Notes under the pieces: generated by a model | Databases searched by the model: none | The model's input: the letters and a program-made list of their open reading frames with translations, nothing else | Told to the model about the DNA's origin: nothing | From: Ginglymostoma cirratum | Lineage: Eukaryota | Assembly: GCA_024137785.1 (NCBI GenBank) | Contig: JAHRHZ010000288.1 | Span: 735,468 to 799,467, forward strand | Reading direction: 5' to 3' | Length of the DNA: 64,000 bases | Program-made: the position numbers and the translations under genes | Shown here: one piece after another, positions 12,430-24,309 of the stretch | Layout: each line of letters begins with the position of its first letter | Position numbering within the stretch: the stretch's first letter is position 1

Positions 12430-13850
12430 ACCATGAAAAATAGGAAGAGGAGTAGCCATTTGGCCTGTTAGCCTGCTCCATGACCCAATAGGATCATGGC
12501 TGATCCAACACTCCTCATGTCCACTTTCTTGCCCTTTCCCCTCACCCTCAATTGTCCGACTGATCAAGAATATACCTATCTCAGTCACTAATATACACAA
12601 AGATTCCACTCCATCAGCTTCCTGTGGCAAAGACCTCCAGAAACTCATGACCCTTTGAAAGAAGAATTTCCTCCTCATCTCAGTCTTAAACTGGCACCAC
12701 TTACTTCTGAAACTATGCCAAATAAAAATCGACAAAACTGTGAATGTTGTAAATCAGAAACCAAATTAGAAATTGCTGAAAAAGATCAGTTCTGGCAGCA
12801 TCTGTGGAGAGAAATCAGGGTTAATTTTTTGGGTCAAATGACCCTTCCTTGAGGAATTTTTGTTTCTGAAACTGTGCCCGCTGGTCCTAGATGCTCTTGT
12901 AAGGGAAACATCCTCTCAGCATTTACCCTTTCAAATCCCTTAAGAATCCTCTATGTTTCAATAAAATCACCTCTCATTCTTCCAAACTCCAGTGAGTAGA
13001 GTCCCAACCTGTTTAACCATTGCTCAAAAGAGAATCCCTTCATAGGCTCACCCTAGTGAATATTCTCTGAACAGTCTTCAATAAATAATATATTTCTTAA
13101 ATAAGGGAACCAAAGTTGCTGGCAGTACTCCAGGTGTGGTCTCACCATCAGCTTATACAGTTACATTAAGACTTCCCTGCTTTCATACTCCAATACTTGA
13201 AATAAGGGGCAAAGTTCCATGAGGCCACCTACTCGCTGTACCCATGTGCTAGTCTTCTGTGTTTCATGTACAAATACCCCCAAGTCCATTTGTGTTGCAT
13301 TTTTCTGCAGTTCTTCTCCCTTCCAAAATGGACAACTTTACACTTCCCCATATAACACTCCATTTGCCAATTTTTTGCTCACTTAGTTAAATTATCAATA
13401 TCTGTGCTGTAAACTTTGTATCCCACGTAAACTGATTGTTTATCTTGCAAGCTGCCATGGAGTCATAGAGCTATACAGCGCAGAAACAGACCCTTCGATC
13501 CAACTTGTCCACGCTAATCAGATATGGTAAACTGATCTAATCCCATTTGCTTGCATTTGATCCATATCCCTCTAGACTCTTCCTATTCGTGTACCTATCC
13601 AGTTGTCTTTCTACCTATTTTTGTTTCATCTGCAAATTTGGCTACAGTACATTCTCTTCCTTCCTCCAATTCATTAATATATATTGGTAAACAGTTGTGA
13701 CCCCAGCACTGATCCCTGTGGAACCCCATTAGCCATAGATTACCAATCTAAAAAAGAACACCCTCTCCCCACTTGCTGTTCCCTGTCCATTAGCCAATTA
13801 TTGTCCATGTCAATATATTACCTCCAACACCATGAGCTCTTATGACTTAA
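12430..13850 (-). mobile_element. Older CR1 fragment containing nested Penelope-derived half element (12722-12868) and CR1 3' end (13460-13610)
   Basis: ORF 12409-12735 (FKTEMRRKFFFQRVMSFWRSLP); GVPQGSVLG-like gaccccagcactgatccctgtggaacccc at ~13700. Confidence 0.8.
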
Positions 13851-14130
13851 ACTTTTGGTGATTCTTTTGTGATCCTTATCATAATAATGACTCAAATCTA
13901 GAATATGATGTTGGCAATAAATCTGATGTATGTGACTACTATGATGTTATAAAGTAGAAGAAGAGCCACATTGCAAGAATTAGGCAAATAATAAATTATA
14001 ATAAGTGGCCAATTGAATATTCGACTTTTGGAGACGAAAAGAAACAAAACAGTTCTTGAAAAGCATCAGAGCATGTAATATTAGTTGAGAAAGATAGATC
14101 ACTAAGAAATGATTTATTTTGATTTATAAG

Positions 14131-14310
14131 GGTTCCCTTATTTAAGAAATATATTATTTATTGAAGACGGTTCAGAGAATGTTCACTAGGATGAGTCTAT
14201 GAAGGGATTCTCTTTTGAGCAATGGTTAAACAGTTTGGGACTCTATTCACTGGAGTTTGGAAGGATGATAGGTGATTTTATTGAAACATAGAGAATTTTT
14301 AAGGGACTTG
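14131..14310 (+). repeat. 180-bp inverted duplicate of 12932-13111 (CR1-derived)
   Basis: Reverse-complement match along its whole length, including shared idiosyncratic deletions. Confidence 0.85.
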
Positions 14311-15142
14311 CAAGAATAGCTTCCAATGTGATCTATCCAATGGAATATTTAACAAACACTGAAAATTGTGACACTGAAGAAATAGAAATCAATGAATATA
14401 GATGTCTCTGGCACTGATGATGAAATATTCACTGTATTGACAATATTAGGGCAAAAAATGGACTTTAACAACTTTCTGTTTCCATCAAGTATGATTTTTA
14501 ATATCTGAGACGTTTCATGGACTAAAATGGTTTTCAAAGGACAATGCTGGCCTAAAATGATCACCTGCAAGAATTAAGGCAAGTTCAAAAAAGTCAATAT
14601 GCAATAAACAAAACAGTTTGAATTGAAAATACTGTTTTATCCAAAGTGATTGAAGCAAATCAACTCAGTCTGGCATTGAAAAACTTGTATTTCCCATATT
14701 AATTTACACTGGTATGAGAAGTTGCACATATTAGAATGGAAAGGGTTGCCTGCCACTATCCAGCTTGGAAAGACAATGGAGCCAGACTTGGCAATACACA
14801 AATAAACCATATTTCTGTTCCTGATGGCAGAGTAGAAGATAGAAAGAAATATGGACTGGGAACAGCAATTACTGACGTCTCTTTCTCCTTATCCCCCTAT
14901 TTCCTCATCACCGTCTTAAAACAGCATCCAGCAATAAAAGCAAATCGAAGAAACAAACATTCAATGAGATGTCAAAGATATCGATATATTTTGCTGTGAT
15001 GGAGGATACAAGTCAGCCATTAAACAAACAGCTGTGCTTTCAGGTTAAAAACTAAACTTCTAGGACTCTAAGGAGTTTTAAACCGTGTAGCCTTTATACT
15101 TTCCATCTTTCCATTTGTTTAAGGGATCTATACTGTGTGTGC

Positions 15143-17209
15143 TTGATATGTTTGTCCCTCGCAGGCAGGGAAGATGTGGTCAAGTGAGGAAGCCTTGGCT
15201 CTCAAGAGAGGTCGAATGACTAGTTAAGAGGAAGAAGGATGCTTATATAAGGTTCAGAAAACAAGCATCAGAAAAGGCTTTAGAGGGATACAAGTTAACC
15301 AGGAAGGAGCTGAAGAAAGGGCTTAGGAGAGCTATAACAGGGCATGAGAAAATCTTGGCAGATAGGATCAAGGAAAACTCCAAGGCTTTTTACACGTATG
15401 TGAGGAATAAGAGAATGACCGGAGAAAGGGTAGGGCTGATCAAGGATTGTAAAGGAAATTTGTACACAGAGCCTAAAGAGATAGGAGAGGTCCTTAATGA
15501 ATAGTTTTCTTCAGTATTCACAACTGAGAGGGGCCTAGTTGTAGAGGAGGACAGTGTGAAACAGGCTGGTAGGCTAGAGGAGGTCGATGTTAGTAAGGAA
15601 GATGTACTAGGAATTTTGAGGACCTTGAAGATAGATAAGTCCCCCAGGCCTGATGGGATTTATCCAAGGATTCTATGGGAAGCGAGGGAAGCGATCTCAG
15701 GGCCTTTAGTGATGATCTTTTCATCCTCACTGTCCACAGGCATAGTGCCGGAAGATTGGAGAGAGGCAAACGTCATTCCCTCGTTCAAAAAAGGGAATAG
15801 GGATAACCCTGGAAATTACAGGCCACTTAGTCTTACATCTGTGGTGGGCAAATTATTGGAAAGGACTCTGAGAAATAGGATTTATGATCACTTGGATAGG
15901 CACAGTTTCATTCGTGATAGTCAGCATGGATTTGTGAGGGGTAGATCGTGCCTCATAAACCTTATTGAATTCTTTGAAGAGGTGACCAAACACATGGTTG
16001 AAGGTAGAGCAGTGGATGTGGTATACATGGATTTAAGTAAGGCGTTTGATAATGTTCCCCATGGTTGGCTCATGCAGAAAGTAAGGAGGCATGGGATAGG
16101 GGGAAATGTGGCAGATTGGATTCAGAATTGGCTGACCCTTAGAAGAATTCGGGTGGTAGTGGACAGAAAATATTCAACATGGTGCTCAGTTACGAGTGGT
16201 GTACCACAAGGATCTAGTCTGGGTCCTCTTCTGTTTGTGATTTTTGTACATGATTTGGATGTAGGAATGGAAGGGTGGATTAGTAAGTACCCGGATGATA
16301 TGAAGGTGAGTCGAGTTGTGGATAGTGCGGAGGGCTGTTCTAGGTTACAAAGGGACATTGATAGGATGCAGAGCTGGGCTGAGAAGTAGCAAATGGAGTT
16401 TAACCTTGAAAAGCGTGAGGTGATTCATTTTGGAAGGACAAATTTGAAAGCAGAATACAGGGTTAACAGAAAGATCCTTGGCAGTGTGGAGGAGCAGAGG
16501 GATCTTGGGGTTCATGTCCACAGTTCCCTGAAAGCTGCCACCCAGGTGCATAGAGTTGTCAAGAAGGTGTTTAATGTGTTAGCTTTTATTAATAGAGGGA
16601 TTGAGTTCAAGAGCCGTGAAGTTATGCTCCAGCTATACCTGATACCTAAAACCCTGATTCGGCCACATCTGGAGTATTGTGTCCAGTTCTGGTCGCCTCA
16701 TTACAGGAAAGGTGTGGAAACATTGGAAAAGGTGCAGAGGAGATTTACCAGGATGTTGCCTGGAATGAAAGGAAGGTCTCATGAGGAAAGGTTGAGAGAG
16801 CCAGGGCTTTTCTCTTTAGAATGATGGAGGATGAGAGGTGACTTGATAGACGTGTACAAAATGATCAGAGGTATAGATAGAGTGCACAGCCAGAGACTTT
16901 TTCCTATGGTGGAGGTAGCTATTATGAGGGAGCATTGTTTTAAAGTGAGTGGAGGTAGATATAGAGGAGACGTCAGAGGTAGGTTCTTTACTCAGAGAGT
17001 GGTAGGGGTGTGGAATGCATTGCCGGAGAGGGTAGTGGAGTCGGCCTCATTAGGGGCATTTAAGCGGCAATTAGATAGGCATATGGATAATAGTATAAGG
17101 TAGGGGTGGAGGTTAGATAGACCTTAGGTTTAGGGTAAAAGCTTAGCACAACATCGTGGGCCGAAGGGCATGTACTGTGCTGTACTGTTCTATATTCTGT
17201 GTTCTATGT
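15143..17209 (+). mobile_element. 5'-truncated CR1 LINE with the whole RT domain, disabled
   Basis: ORFs 15556-16389, 16393-16824 and 16831-17103: KSPRPDGI, NYRPLSLTS, QHGF, DLSKAFD, GVPQGS.LGPLLF, YPDD; in-frame stops at 16387 and 16822; (ttcta/ttctg)n tail. Confidence 0.96.
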
Positions 17210-18329
17210 ACCAGACAGTCCGTCTCTTTTAAAATTTATACTTGTATTTACATGCGTATTTAATGTCATGTTTTAACATTTATCTCAAATTTAGTAAATA
17301 ATAACATTCATCATCCTTTCACTCAAGAAAATCATGTAACTGGCTCCTTAATTTTGACAGGCACTACATCTTAATAGGACTATGATACTTGCATGCGAAA
17401 AAGAAATAAATAATATTATGACTGACTGTGCTAGGGCTCAGAAGAGGGGTGCTGACTTCTCACTTATCATAACAATAGATACTGAGGAAATAGGTATCTA
17501 CGCAACTATTGATCATGATGATTTTGAGAATAATATACAGTGATAGAGAATGATCATTAGAAATCATTTAGTAAAAACAAAATCAAACTAAATTAGGGTT
17601 CAGCAAATGAAAGAAAATGCAAGTAAATACATTGTAAGGGGCTTGTTTTTAATTAAATGATGATTTGAGAAAATAATTTTGTGTGATTTTAGATATTTCT
17701 GTTCCATATTTGTGGGATTAAATTGTTACTGAAGATGATTCAGTGAAATAAGATAATTAAGTGAATTTTTGAATGAGAATAGGAAACACTTCAAATAAAT
17801 TACTTTATGGAGACATTCTTATGGTTTGATTTTAAGCTTTGTTGCCTATCTCATTCAGCCCTTCTGCCCAGAGAGTGAAAAGCCCAGTTTCGTAGTTCAT
17901 AACATCATTTTCTTTATCCAATTTTGAAAATCTTATTATAAACTTTCATCCCTTTATTTCCAGGATGCAGGATGGATAGCTCAGCATTGACATCACCTAG
18001 TGCTGAGAGTTATTGTTAAGCAGTTAATTGGCACGATGTGGAAGACAATCTCATACAGAAATTCAACAATAGCTTTCACAAGGATAGTGGTTTACTAGAA
18101 AAAACAAATCCTCTGTCTCTCAGGGAAAAAGAACAGGGGAATGAGAATAATTGTAGCCCTTTTGAAGGCCCAGCGTGAGCACAACAGCACAACAGGCCAC
18201 CCCCAGCGCAGAATGAGTTCATGGAGTGAATGGAAAGGACTCCATCAGGATATAATGAAATATGTCTAATATAGTCATTAAAATTATTAGACAGATCATA
18301 TCCTGAACCAATTTTCTCTTTGGGTTTCA

Positions 18330-18870
18330 GTTATAGAAACAGACCCTTTGAACCAAAAAGTCCATGTTGATCATAAGCCTGAGTTAAACTAGTCTTACCT
18401 GCTTGCTCTTGGTCCATATCCCTCCAAATATTTCTTATTCGTGGACTTATGCAAATGTCTTTTAAATGTTATAACTGTACCCATATTCATCTTTTCCTCT
18501 GGAAGTTCATTCCTCATATGTCCCACTCTCTACGTAAAAAAGTTGCCCTTCACATATTTTTAAAATCTTTTTTCTCTGACTTTAAAAATATGCCCTCTAG
18601 TCTTGATATCCCCAACCCTAGGGAAAAGACACCTACCATTCACATTACCTATACCCCTCACGATTTTATAAATCATTATAAGGCCACCCATCAACCTCCT
18701 AAGCTCCAGTGAAATAAGTCCCAGCCAATCTAACGTCTCCTCGTAACTCAAACCCTCCATTCCCGGCAACATCCTGGTAAATCTTTTGTGAACTTCTCCA
18801 TCCTTCCTATAACAGGGCAACCAAAACTGGACACAGTACTTCAGAAGAGGCCTCACAAACATCCTGTTCA
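18330..18870 (-). mobile_element. CR1 LINE 3' fragment
   Basis: ORF 18560-18892 (VRPLLKYCVQFW...KTRGH); same subfamily as 1008 and 61091. Confidence 0.9.
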
Positions 18871-19149
18871 GGGAATCCAGGTACAAAAACAAAAATACTT
18901 ATCTCTTAGACTTTAAATCAATGAATGATGTGTAGCAGTAGGTTTGGCACAGTTCTGGCACTATTGGTGATAAATAATCGCACTATCCATTTTGTTGGAA
19001 ATCCTGAGGCCAAAACATTTTAAGCTGTCATGATAGCTCACTTTGCAAAAACACATTGTAACTGAACCTTTGAATATCTCAGCCTATTGTTGGAAAGACT
19101 GAGATCAAAGAAATGGCTGTTAGTTTGACCCAAAAAAAAATCACGAGGA

Positions 19150-19500
19150 AGTAGCTTTAAAGAGGAATAAAAGAATGAGTTCAGCTCCACATTTGAGGAG
19201 AGAAGTAGAGATTTGGAAGATGTTATGTCACAAAAAAAAGATTAATAGAGTAGTATTTATGTTCTAACAGTGCTGAGGCTCTAGAAGAATCACAAGACAT
19301 TGGAAATTAGTAAATGTATCATATTTATTGAAGAGAGGAGAAAGAGAGAGCAGGAATCTATAGGCCCAATAGCCTAACATTTGGAATACAAAAATTGCCC
19401 AATACCATTATTAAGGAGGGTTTTTAGAGAAGCCATAATGAGATCAGGCAGCATCAACATGGATTTGTGAAAGGGAAAATGTGTTTTACTGATTTATTCT
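19150..19500 (+). mobile_element. Old CR1 RT fragment (continues at ~25040-25530 and ~26350-26640)
   Basis: caacatggatttgtgaaagggaaaatgtgttttactgattta = QHGFVKGK.C.TDL; resumes at ctctttggggaagttaca (FFEEVT-like) at ~25040. Confidence 0.65.
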
Positions 19501-19504
19501 CATG

Positions 19505-19677
19505 TTAATCTTCATCTCCTTCATCAATTTCAGCTCTCCCACGATAAGGTCAGAAATGAGGATGTTCACTGATGATTGCACAATGTTCAGCACCATTTAC
19601 ACACTCCTCAGATACTGAAGCAGTTTCTGTCTATATGCATTAAGACCTGGACAGTCTGTTGGCCCATACTGATAAGT
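19505..19677 (+). mobile_element. L2/CR1-group LINE RT fragment, left of the retroviral insertion
   Basis: atgttcactgatgattgcacaatg = MFTDDCTM (FADD-like); continues collinearly at 24310. Confidence 0.7.
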
Positions 19678-19684
19678 ATGTTTT

Positions 19685-21105
19685 CTATGCTGTACCCATG
19701 AGTGTATCTGCATATTTGAACCCCAGTACCAGAAGTCATCCCACCAATTAGGCACTTTGATTTCCTTGATACCCATTTGAATTTGCTCTGTCTGTGGAAC
19801 ATTTGCAAATTGTGTCCGGACATGCTGTGGTTTTTCAGATAGGAGTTTGATGCCAGTACCATATTGCTACCAATAACCTCGTATCTGAGTTCGTCACTGA
19901 CTTGACAAATATTTCATTCCCCCTGTGGATATCTGTGTGCTTGATTAGGCCTACCCTGTTTGGTATGTATTGCCTAATACAAAAGGTGATATTTATTTTC
20001 ATTCATTAATGGGATGAGAGTGTCATTGACCAGCCAGCATTTATTGGCCAGAGGGCAGTTAGGAGTCAGCCATGTTGCTGTGGGTCCGGAGTCACATGTA
20101 GGCCATACCAGGTAAGGATGGCAGTTTCCATCCTTAAGGGACATTAGTGAACCAGATGGATTTTTCCGGCAATTGGCAACAGATTTACAGTCATCATTAG
20201 ACTCTTAATTCCAGATATTTATTGAATTCAAATTCCACCATCTGCCATGGCGGGATTCAAACCTGGGTCCCCAGGACATTGTCTGGGTCTCTGGATTAAC
20301 AGTCCAGCAATAATACCACATGACCATCCCCTCTTTTACACATGAAAGTCCTGTACTGGTAGCGTTTTAAAGAAGTTGTGATGCAGTATTCTCCCTTCCC
20401 CCTAAATACTACCCATGTGATGTCTGTGTTCTGGCTCCAGATCTGGAAAGTGCAATTTTGAACAGTGTTTTTCTGAAAACCGCACATGAAGGCATGCTTA
20501 TTTGAATACATGGTGTAGGTGCGAGCAATTCCTTCCTTTGTCTGTTAACGTTTACCTAGAGTGGTACCTACAAGACATCTCTCTTTCTCAACAGCATACA
20601 GCAGGGTGCTAACATATTCTAACCATATTATTTCTTGGATAATGCTGATATTTTAAACCTCAAAGACTTTTAAACCATTTTTGATTTGGTGCTATGATCA
20701 GGATCCCCAGTACCATCCCAGTGACCTTTCTTGGGATCTCCATACAATTGTTGGTGAATTGCCATAATTGGCAATTTGAAATATTGGGACATTCCTTCCC
20801 ATGGAACCAATGCTCCATCTGCTCATCATTGATCCAAGACAGGATCTGTCTTTGCTTAGTCTGCTTGAGGTTCTCCCTTAACTGTTCAATCATCCACTGG
20901 TCATAAATGCTGCACAAGGTCCTATTTTGCTGCCTGCTGTCATCATCTATCTTTCCCTGGTTGATCTCTTTTATGTTCCTGGTGTGCTCTTCTGGAACCA
21001 TTACCAGATGCTGTTCTGCCTGATTTTTTTTAATCCCCCATTTATGCCGATTGACCAGGTGAATCCACTAGATTGCCAAAGTGACATAAAGTCAGCTGAA
21101 TTGTT
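19685..21105 (-). pseudogene. env-like glycoprotein remnant (interrupted by SINE at 19991-20331)
   Basis: Fragments NSADFMSL; TLCSIYDQWMIEQLRENLKQ...ILSWI; CGFQKNTVQNCTF...GKGEYCITTS..YQY; VPNWWDDFWYWGS (~19717-19755). Downstream of pol on the same strand. Family assignment is inference. Confidence 0.55.
19991..20331 (-). mobile_element. tRNA-derived SINE, near full length
   Basis: B-box GGTTTGAATCC; tail ccaataaatgctggc...catcccattaatgaatgaaa shared with LINE 3' ends at ~24990 and ~63540. Confidence 0.82.
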
Positions 21106-21129
21106 GCAAGGGTACACGCTTCTGGGCAA

Positions 21130-21770
21130 AAGTTGAATGAAACTTTGCTCGATCAGAATGGTTAGGAGGTTCAGGCCGATAAAATAAGCAAAATGTTGTA
21201 CTGCCCAGAACAAGGAATGAACACTTGACCCTGTTAAAGGAACTGTTAACCCTCCTCACTAACGTCTGGATCAGACCCACTGAAATGACAGAAGACCCAG
21301 CAGCATAGGCAATTCTCTCAGAGCAATAGAGTGTGATGTATGCTTCTCACACATAGAGAAACCCTCTACTGGTGAAAGAGTCTGGCAGGCATAGGCTACC
21401 AATCTGAGTTCATTGTGATGTACTTGGAGAAGTACAACTGCCAATGTGGCACCTGTGGCTGCAACCTCCAAGGCAAAGGGAAGTTCTACGTTGGGTATTT
21501 GCAGTGTGGGGGCTTGCACTAGGACTAGTTTTAATTCAGCTATAGCATCTGTGTGCAGTTCAGTCCATTCCTACTGGGTATCGCTTGAAAGGAGGTCAGA
21601 GAGTGGAGCAGTTTTAATGGTGAAACCATTGATGTGGTTCCGACAGTGGTGCATTGAGCCAGAAAGTGACACAACAAGCTCATTTCCCTGGGGAAGAGCA
21701 AACAGGTTATGACCTCGATGAGCTTCTCCTCTACCTCATGTTTCCCCTGTGCTCTCACTGTTCCCAAGTC
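21130..21770 (-). pseudogene. RT connection + gypsy-type RNase H remnant, split by a 129-bp inverted insert
   Basis: ORF 21271-21519 (QAPTLQIP..LPFALEVAA...LVAYACQTLSPVEGFSMCEKH) resumes in ORF 21001-21213 (FWAVQHFAYFIGLN). Confidence 0.85.
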
Positions 21771-21779
21771 TGAGTGCTA

Positions 21780-22390
21780 GGACTTCATGATCTACATCTT
21801 CTTTGGGTTAACTGTCCATCTATCACTACCTCGCACTCTGTGCAACCACAGTCATGTTTGTGACTGGTCATCACACTCTATTGCTCTGAGAAAATTGCCT
21901 ATGCTGCTGGGTCCTCTGTCATTTCAGTGGGTCTGATCCAAATGTTAGTGAGGAGGGTTAACAGTTCCTTTAACACGGTCAAGTGTTCATTCCTTGTCTC
22001 AGTCTGCGGAAGGAAATTGTCCACGTACTGTACCAAGCAGTCCAGTTGGGACTCCAGTTCTAGCCCTTCCACCAACCTCTAATGAAATATTGTTCAGAAT
22101 TGTGAAAACTGTGGAGCTTGCAGATCCCTGTGTATTGCTGGTCCTGAAACATGAAGGTGAATTTATATTGGCAGTGTTGGTTGAAGGGTGTGGACCAAAA
22201 TCCATTACTAATGTCCAGCACTGTGAAATAGTTCACCTGTGGGGTTTGATTTATCAGGCTAGTTGCTGTTGTTGGTGCTGTGATCAGAGTGGTTTTATTT
22301 AGTTCCCAGTAATTGATGGTGAGCCATCAAGAGCTGTCTGTTTTCATAAGTGGCCATTGGTGAGATAACTGTAGATACAACAGGTGTATG
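21780..22390 (-). pseudogene. Reverse transcriptase core remnant
   Basis: LDISNGFWS (22192-22218), QYKFTF, FHNS, CLVQYVDN (YVDN 22016-22027), EHLTVLKELL, VNPKK; frameshifted. Confidence 0.88.
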
Positions 22391-22401
22391 TCTCCTTATT
22401 T

Positions 22402-22605
22402 GGCGGTCGGTTTAGCTCAGTTGGCTGGATGATTGGTTTGTGAAGCAGTGTAATGCTAACGGCATGGGCTTAAAGGCCACACTGGCTGATGTTATCATTA
22501 AGGATTCTCCTTCTCAACCTTTCTTTTCGCCTGAGGTATGGTGGTTCTCAGATTAAATCACTGCCAGTTGTCTCTCTCTCAAGACAGAGCAGCCCTATTG
22601 TCTAA
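22402..22605 (+). mobile_element. tRNA-derived SINE of a second family, inserted between pro and RT
   Basis: Head ggtttagctcagttggctgga (A-box); cgcctgaggtatggtggttctcagattaaatcac central motif. Confidence 0.65.
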
Positions 22606-22689
22606 TCCACAATTCCCCCACAGTACAATTTCTCTGTACGTATGTGCCTGTCGCAGTCTGCACTGGGGCCTCATTGAGTTTGGGCTTTT

Positions 22690-22930
22690 GCCAAATAGTT
22701 GGCTGGGTCAAAAATTGAATTACACTGCCTCATAAGGGCTAAGTCTAAGATGTGCTCGGCATCGAACGGGGATTAACCAACACTGCTCTGTAAGACCCGA
22801 TCTCCCAGTTTAAATTCTATAGGGTCTCCTGTAGGTGCCCATTGAATCCATTCAGAAGAACTTTTTTCCGGGTGCACCATGTATTATCAAAATCTGAGGA
22901 TATGTTAAGTGTCATTCTGGACCCTCTGCA
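22690..22930 (-). pseudogene. Aspartic protease remnant
   Basis: LLNGFNGH flap-like (22835-22855), PIEFKLG, EHILDLALMRQ..IFDPAN (ILG.D-like); catalytic D[ST]G not found. Confidence 0.5.
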
Positions 22931-22999
22931 TCCTATAAAAACTTAACAGGGCAGACTTCCACCTCACTGTGTGCCAGGGGCCTTTCCAGGGGCCTGTTC

Positions 23000-24250
23000 G
23001 GTGCTGCACAACCATTGAGGAGAAGTGTGGCTCTGTGTACACTCACAGAGAGTGTAACCCATGGAGGGTGTGGGTACAAGGAGTTAGAGGGTGAGATTTC
23101 CTCCAGTAAGCTTGGCTGTGTGATCTTCCCCACCAGATTAACTGTTGCTTGTCTCTACAGTCCTTCCAGCAGCATTGGCTGGGGTCTTGAGCCTGGCTCC
23201 TGTGGTGACACTGACTGCCTGGGTACCCTCCAGCTCCTTGCGTGTGCGACCACAGTTGTAACATTTTCTTGACCTGCTGCTGCTGATCCGTATCTATCAC
23301 TGCAACATAGACTAATGGAGGCAGATGGCTCCAATAATAACACCCCTTGTTTCATTTGCCTACATTATTTCTCCGCATGGAACTGGGGTTTGGTTTTATA
23401 AGAGGCATATTTTTCCCTTACCTGGTTTGGGGTGCCCCAACTCATGAATCTCTTTGTGCCAAGGCCAGACCATCACCACTATCACCCATTGTTCTGTGTG
23501 GATGTTGTCTGTGTTTTCTTCACTGCTTCGATGGTACACTAGACAAGCTGTGTCCACAGGCACCTGGCTAATGCAGTTGGGTTCTTTCCCGTTTGCTGCC
23601 TACTCTTATTTAATCCATCTATGGGATCTCCCCTGTTGTATGCTACAACGTCCAGGATTGTTGTTTTCATGGCCTGCAGCTCCCTTCCTCCCACATTCAG
23701 AGGATTGGGACTTGGGCACATTAATATTTATTTTACCTCCACGACATTTTTTTGAGCCTATGGAGAACTTTTATTAGTGGGTGCTGTCAAAATACATACA
23801 GGGGCCAGCTGTGGGCTCAAATGCAGGGATTTTTTTTGCTATCTCTGTCAATTGCACCACCGTAAACAGGGTTGTATAAGTAATTGGATTCTGGCTGTCT
23901 GATAGGTTATGGTTAATGGGTTCATTCGGGAAAGGGAAGATCCTAGGGGTGCTGAAGGATCTCCTCTCTTCAGAAAGGAAGGAGAGAGTCCCCAATCTTC
24001 ACTGCTGTCAATGTGTCTACAGATTGTCATTTGCTCCTAGTATGTCCCATAATCAATGTCCCCATCTGATTCTATTGTCTCAAGTGCACAAATCATTCCC
24101 TTTTGTGTGGAAAGTTAGGACTTTCATTCTCCAATCTCACACTGGTGTTTTGAATTGTTAACAGTGTGGGCTGTGTTTTCTTTGTGTATCTGGTGCAGGC
24201 ATCTCAGAGCAACCTGGAGGTTTTTACATTTCTTGGTTGGTTCATCCAAA
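23000..24250 (-). pseudogene. gag remnant with a broken CCHC zinc knuckle
   Basis: RKCYNCGRT at 23243-23269, with HARS in the adjacent frame; ORF 23774-23995 is gag-like; lies upstream of pro/RT. Confidence 0.6.
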
Positions 24251-24309
24251 GCTTTTTTGGGCTGTGTCTACATCACTGACTGTGCACTGTGCCTCCATTG
24301 TTTGACCAC

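Larger units (their letters stand above)
19678..24309 (-). mobile_element. Decayed endogenous retrovirus / LTR-retroelement internal region (gag-pro-RT-RH-env-like); no integrase or LTR seen
   Basis: Minus-strand motifs in order: gag-like YTTLFTVVQLTEIAKKIPAF, CYNCG knuckle, protease-like LNGFNG..HILDLALM, RT LDISNGFWS/QYKFTF/YVDN, RNase H LPFALEVAA..LVAYA..LSPVE..CEKH..FWAVQHF, then a Cys/Trp-rich remnant. Confidence 0.85.

Noticed and set aside
15556-16389. 277-aa RT ORF as an active or domesticated gene, or a retron-like system
   Set aside because: Ordinary 5'-truncated CR1 with premature stops and an altered catalytic motif (YPDD).
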